Shown piece by piece: positions 61,590 through 64,000 of a DNA stretch of 64,000 nt. The notes beneath the pieces are model-generated. The model searched no databases. It saw only the letters and a list, made by a program, of their open reading frames with translations, and was not told where the DNA came from. Source of the stretch: Callorhinchus milii (taxonomy: Eukaryota); NCBI RefSeq assembly GCF_018977255.1, contig NW_024704743.1, forward strand, positions 39,124,001-39,188,000. The letters run 5' to 3'. Every line of letters starts with the position of its first letter. The stretch's first letter is position 1. A program made the position numbers and the translations under genes.

Positions 61590-61933
61590 GTGGAGTTTTG
61601 TAGCTCAGTGGTTAGAGTGCTCGCTTTGCAAGTGAGAGACCTGAGTTCAATTCCAGGCAGAGCGAAACCTTGGGCAAGTTTGCTTACTCCACACAGAGCC
61701 TAATAATAATCCCTCCAAAATCAAAAACAATAATAAATTGGTCATTTTCAATCCACGACTGTTTGTGGGACATTGCTGTGCGCAATTGGCTGCCGCGTTC
61801 GCCCACAAATACACAGTCAATTCACTTTACAGTATATTCTGTGAAGCGCTTTGGGACGTCCTCCTGACATGAAAAGCGCTATATCAAATGCAAGGATTAT
61901 TATTATTATTATTATTATGATTATTATTATTAT
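61590..61933 (+). mobile_element. Young full-length tRNA-Ala-derived SINE nested in CR1
   Basis: Family match; long (ATT)n tail. Confidence 0.95.
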
Positions 61934-62894
61934 ATTCAGGCTATTGATATATAGAGTGAAGGTCTGGCCCCAGCAGTTTTTGCTTATAATCTTTATGTGG
62001 CACTTTATCAGATGCAATCTGAAAATTCATAAAAAATGACATCTATCTATTCCCTTTTATCTTCACCTCTAGTTCTGTCAAAGAGTTCTATTAGATGTGT
62101 GAGATAAGATCTTTCCAAAAACCCATGTTGATTCTCCCTGATCTCTGTATATTTATCTAGATGTTCACTTACTCTGTCCCAGATCACAGATTCCATTTAT
62201 TTGCCCATCACTGACATTAAACTCTCAGCCTCTTGTTGTTTTCTTTGTCTTTTCCTCCTTTCTTGAATAATGACATTACATTTGCTGTCCTCTGATCCGT
62301 TGGGACTATTTCAGTATCTATTTTTCTTTGGGAGTGCATAATTAAAACCTCTACAGTTTATGCCCCTATTATTTTAGTATTCCGAGGTAATATCCTAGGT
62401 CTGGACACTTGTCTGACTACAATCTCACTAGTTTCCATTATCTATTATTGTTTCTGTTTATATTTAGGCCTTTAATCTTTTCGCTTTCTCTCTTCCTTAA
62501 ACCCCAGCCTTTTCTGAACCTCTGGTATCACATCATCCTTCTCCACTGTGGTCACTGAAGCAACATATTCATTCTACAATTCTGCCATGTCCTTATCCTC
62601 CACTATTGTCAGATCTGTGTCAGATTCTCACGGACCCACCACTTCCTGTAATTTCTCTTGTATTTATAAAATGGTTTGCTGTTACCCTTGACTCCACCAT
62701 ATTCCCTCTTAGCCTTCTCTGTTGTCATGCTGCCTTTCCATTCTATAGGCCTTTTACTTTGGTTTAATACTAACCTATTTATTTGAACATAGTTGCTTCA
62801 TATCAGAGATGCAACCTCCGCCTTTCAGTGGTATATTTGAATGCAATCATTAAATTGAAGTACTTTGGGTAGATGTGCAGAATAAGAAGTTTTT

Positions 62895-63095
62895 AAACTA
62901 CCACCCTTCAGATGAGATGTTAAACTGAAGTCCCGCCTGCCTGCTTACGTGAGTATTGAAGATCCCCTGGCACAATTTAAAATGAGAAGGGAGTTTCTCC
63001 CAATGGCCTGACCAACCCCAGATAAAATTAGTCATTCATTTCATGACAGTTTTTGAGAGATTGTTGTGTGCAAATTGGTTGTTGCGTTTGCCTCC
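62895..63095 (+). mobile_element. DeuSINE core fragment
   Basis: ttcagatgagatgttaaactgaagtcccgcctgcc, gaagatcccctggcac, ttgttgtgtgcaaattggttg. Confidence 0.75.
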
Positions 63096-63114
63096 ACACA
63101 CCTACTGAGAACCT

Positions 63115-63445
63115 AAGCTGGGTGGAGGGGGAAGCCGAGGAGAGTAGAAGGGGGGGAAAGATGACTAAAAGCATGTTTTAAAATATATCTTAAGACCTAC
63201 CTTTTCAATGTGGGAAGGGAGGAGGCAAGATGGAGAGACTTTGGGATGGAGTTCCAGAGTGCAGAGGCAAAATGGCTGAAAACTCATCCATCTGACGGTT
63301 GGGTGGATAGGGCGAGGGATGTGAAGTAGATTGGTGTTTGCAAAGCAGAGGCAGCAGTCAGGTTGGCAGGTTGCAGGAGGTCACAGAGGAGGGATGGGTG
63401 AAGCTGCAAAGGGATTTGAACACCAGGACAAGGAACTTAGAGCCC
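63115..63445 (-). mobile_element. Old L2 3' fragment
   Basis: gggatggagttccagagtg, gggatttgaacaccaggacaagg. Confidence 0.7.
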
Positions 63446-63489
63446 GAGTGCGCACAGTCAGGCATACTTCCCACATATGTGATCATCAT

Positions 63490-63695
63490 TTGGAACTCCA
63501 TCCCACATTCCCTTCACCTCACTTCCTCCCTTACCTCCTTCAAAACATGTCTCAAGACCCTCCTCTTTAGCTGCACCTTCGGCCACCCTCCTCCTCTCCT
63601 TGCCCTCTATCTGCCCTGATCCCAATCGCGCCCCCCACCACCCCCCTCGGGTCCTGACGTGAAAGGTGCTATACAAATGTCATTTTGTATTGTAC
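63490..63695 (+). mobile_element. L2 3' end
   Basis: tggaactccatccc...ctcaagaccctcctcttt...gacgtgaaaggtgctatacaaatgtc. Confidence 0.8.
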
Positions 63696-64000
63696 TGTAT
63701 CTCTGGGACTCAGAGTGCAAGAACTCTCACACCATTTATTATTTTACCAAAATAGCTGTCCAAAACCTTACTCAAATTTGCTTATCTGAGTTCCTATCAT
63801 TCTGTGCCCTTTTAGCTTGTTCTGATTTTTTTTAACCCTGTCCTAATGTCTTCACATTCCTAACACAACACCATTTGATCTGTCTTGCTCCAAATAGATT
63901 AGCCTCTACTTTCAAAACTGCAAAAAGGGCCTTGCAACACTTCAATTAAATATATTGCAAAAATGTTTCAGAGGAAACTTGAAGCAGATGTGAGGGAGAG

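Larger units (their letters stand above)
60385..62780 (-). mobile_element. Old CR1 LINE carrying two nested SINEs
   Basis: Reverse complement contains SKFADGTKLG (about 61540-61570), LEYRVQFGAP (61240-61265) and QHGFLER (62115-62130); interrupted at 60706-61110 and 61590-61933. Confidence 0.8.

Overview
AT-rich vertebrate DNA, dense in repeats. The repeat set (L2 and CR1 LINEs, Deu-domain SINEs, a young tRNA-Ala-headed SINE, AmnSINE2-like and LF-SINE-like relics) suggests a cartilaginous fish, most likely a chimaera such as Callorhinchus; this is inference. The only host coding sequence I can support is a 21-nt first coding exon on the minus strand (20568-20588, MDNFFTE followed by GTGAGT). 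It matches the myosin-X (MYO10) N-terminus and is too short for the ORF track. Bases 1-20567 are therefore probably MYO10 intron 1, about 20.6-21.4 kb is 5'UTR/promoter (perfect CArG box, AP-1, kB-like sites), and the rest is upstream intergenic DNA. The listed ORFs are transposon remnants or chance ORFs. The most interesting signals are: (i) an unidentified ancient SINE-like repeat of about 800 bp in five copies with conserved hairpins; (ii) a SINE/L2 pair sharing a covarying 3' stem-loop, with a visible series of SINE loop variants; (iii) two or three fragments of an unusual RTE-like LINE covering the same RT segment; (iv) a candidate alternative or poison MYO10 exon; (v) a 113-bp foldback and several degenerate palindromes. 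I found no prokaryote-type system (CRISPR, operon). Repeat family names come from recalled consensus sequences, and boundaries of old repeats are approximate.
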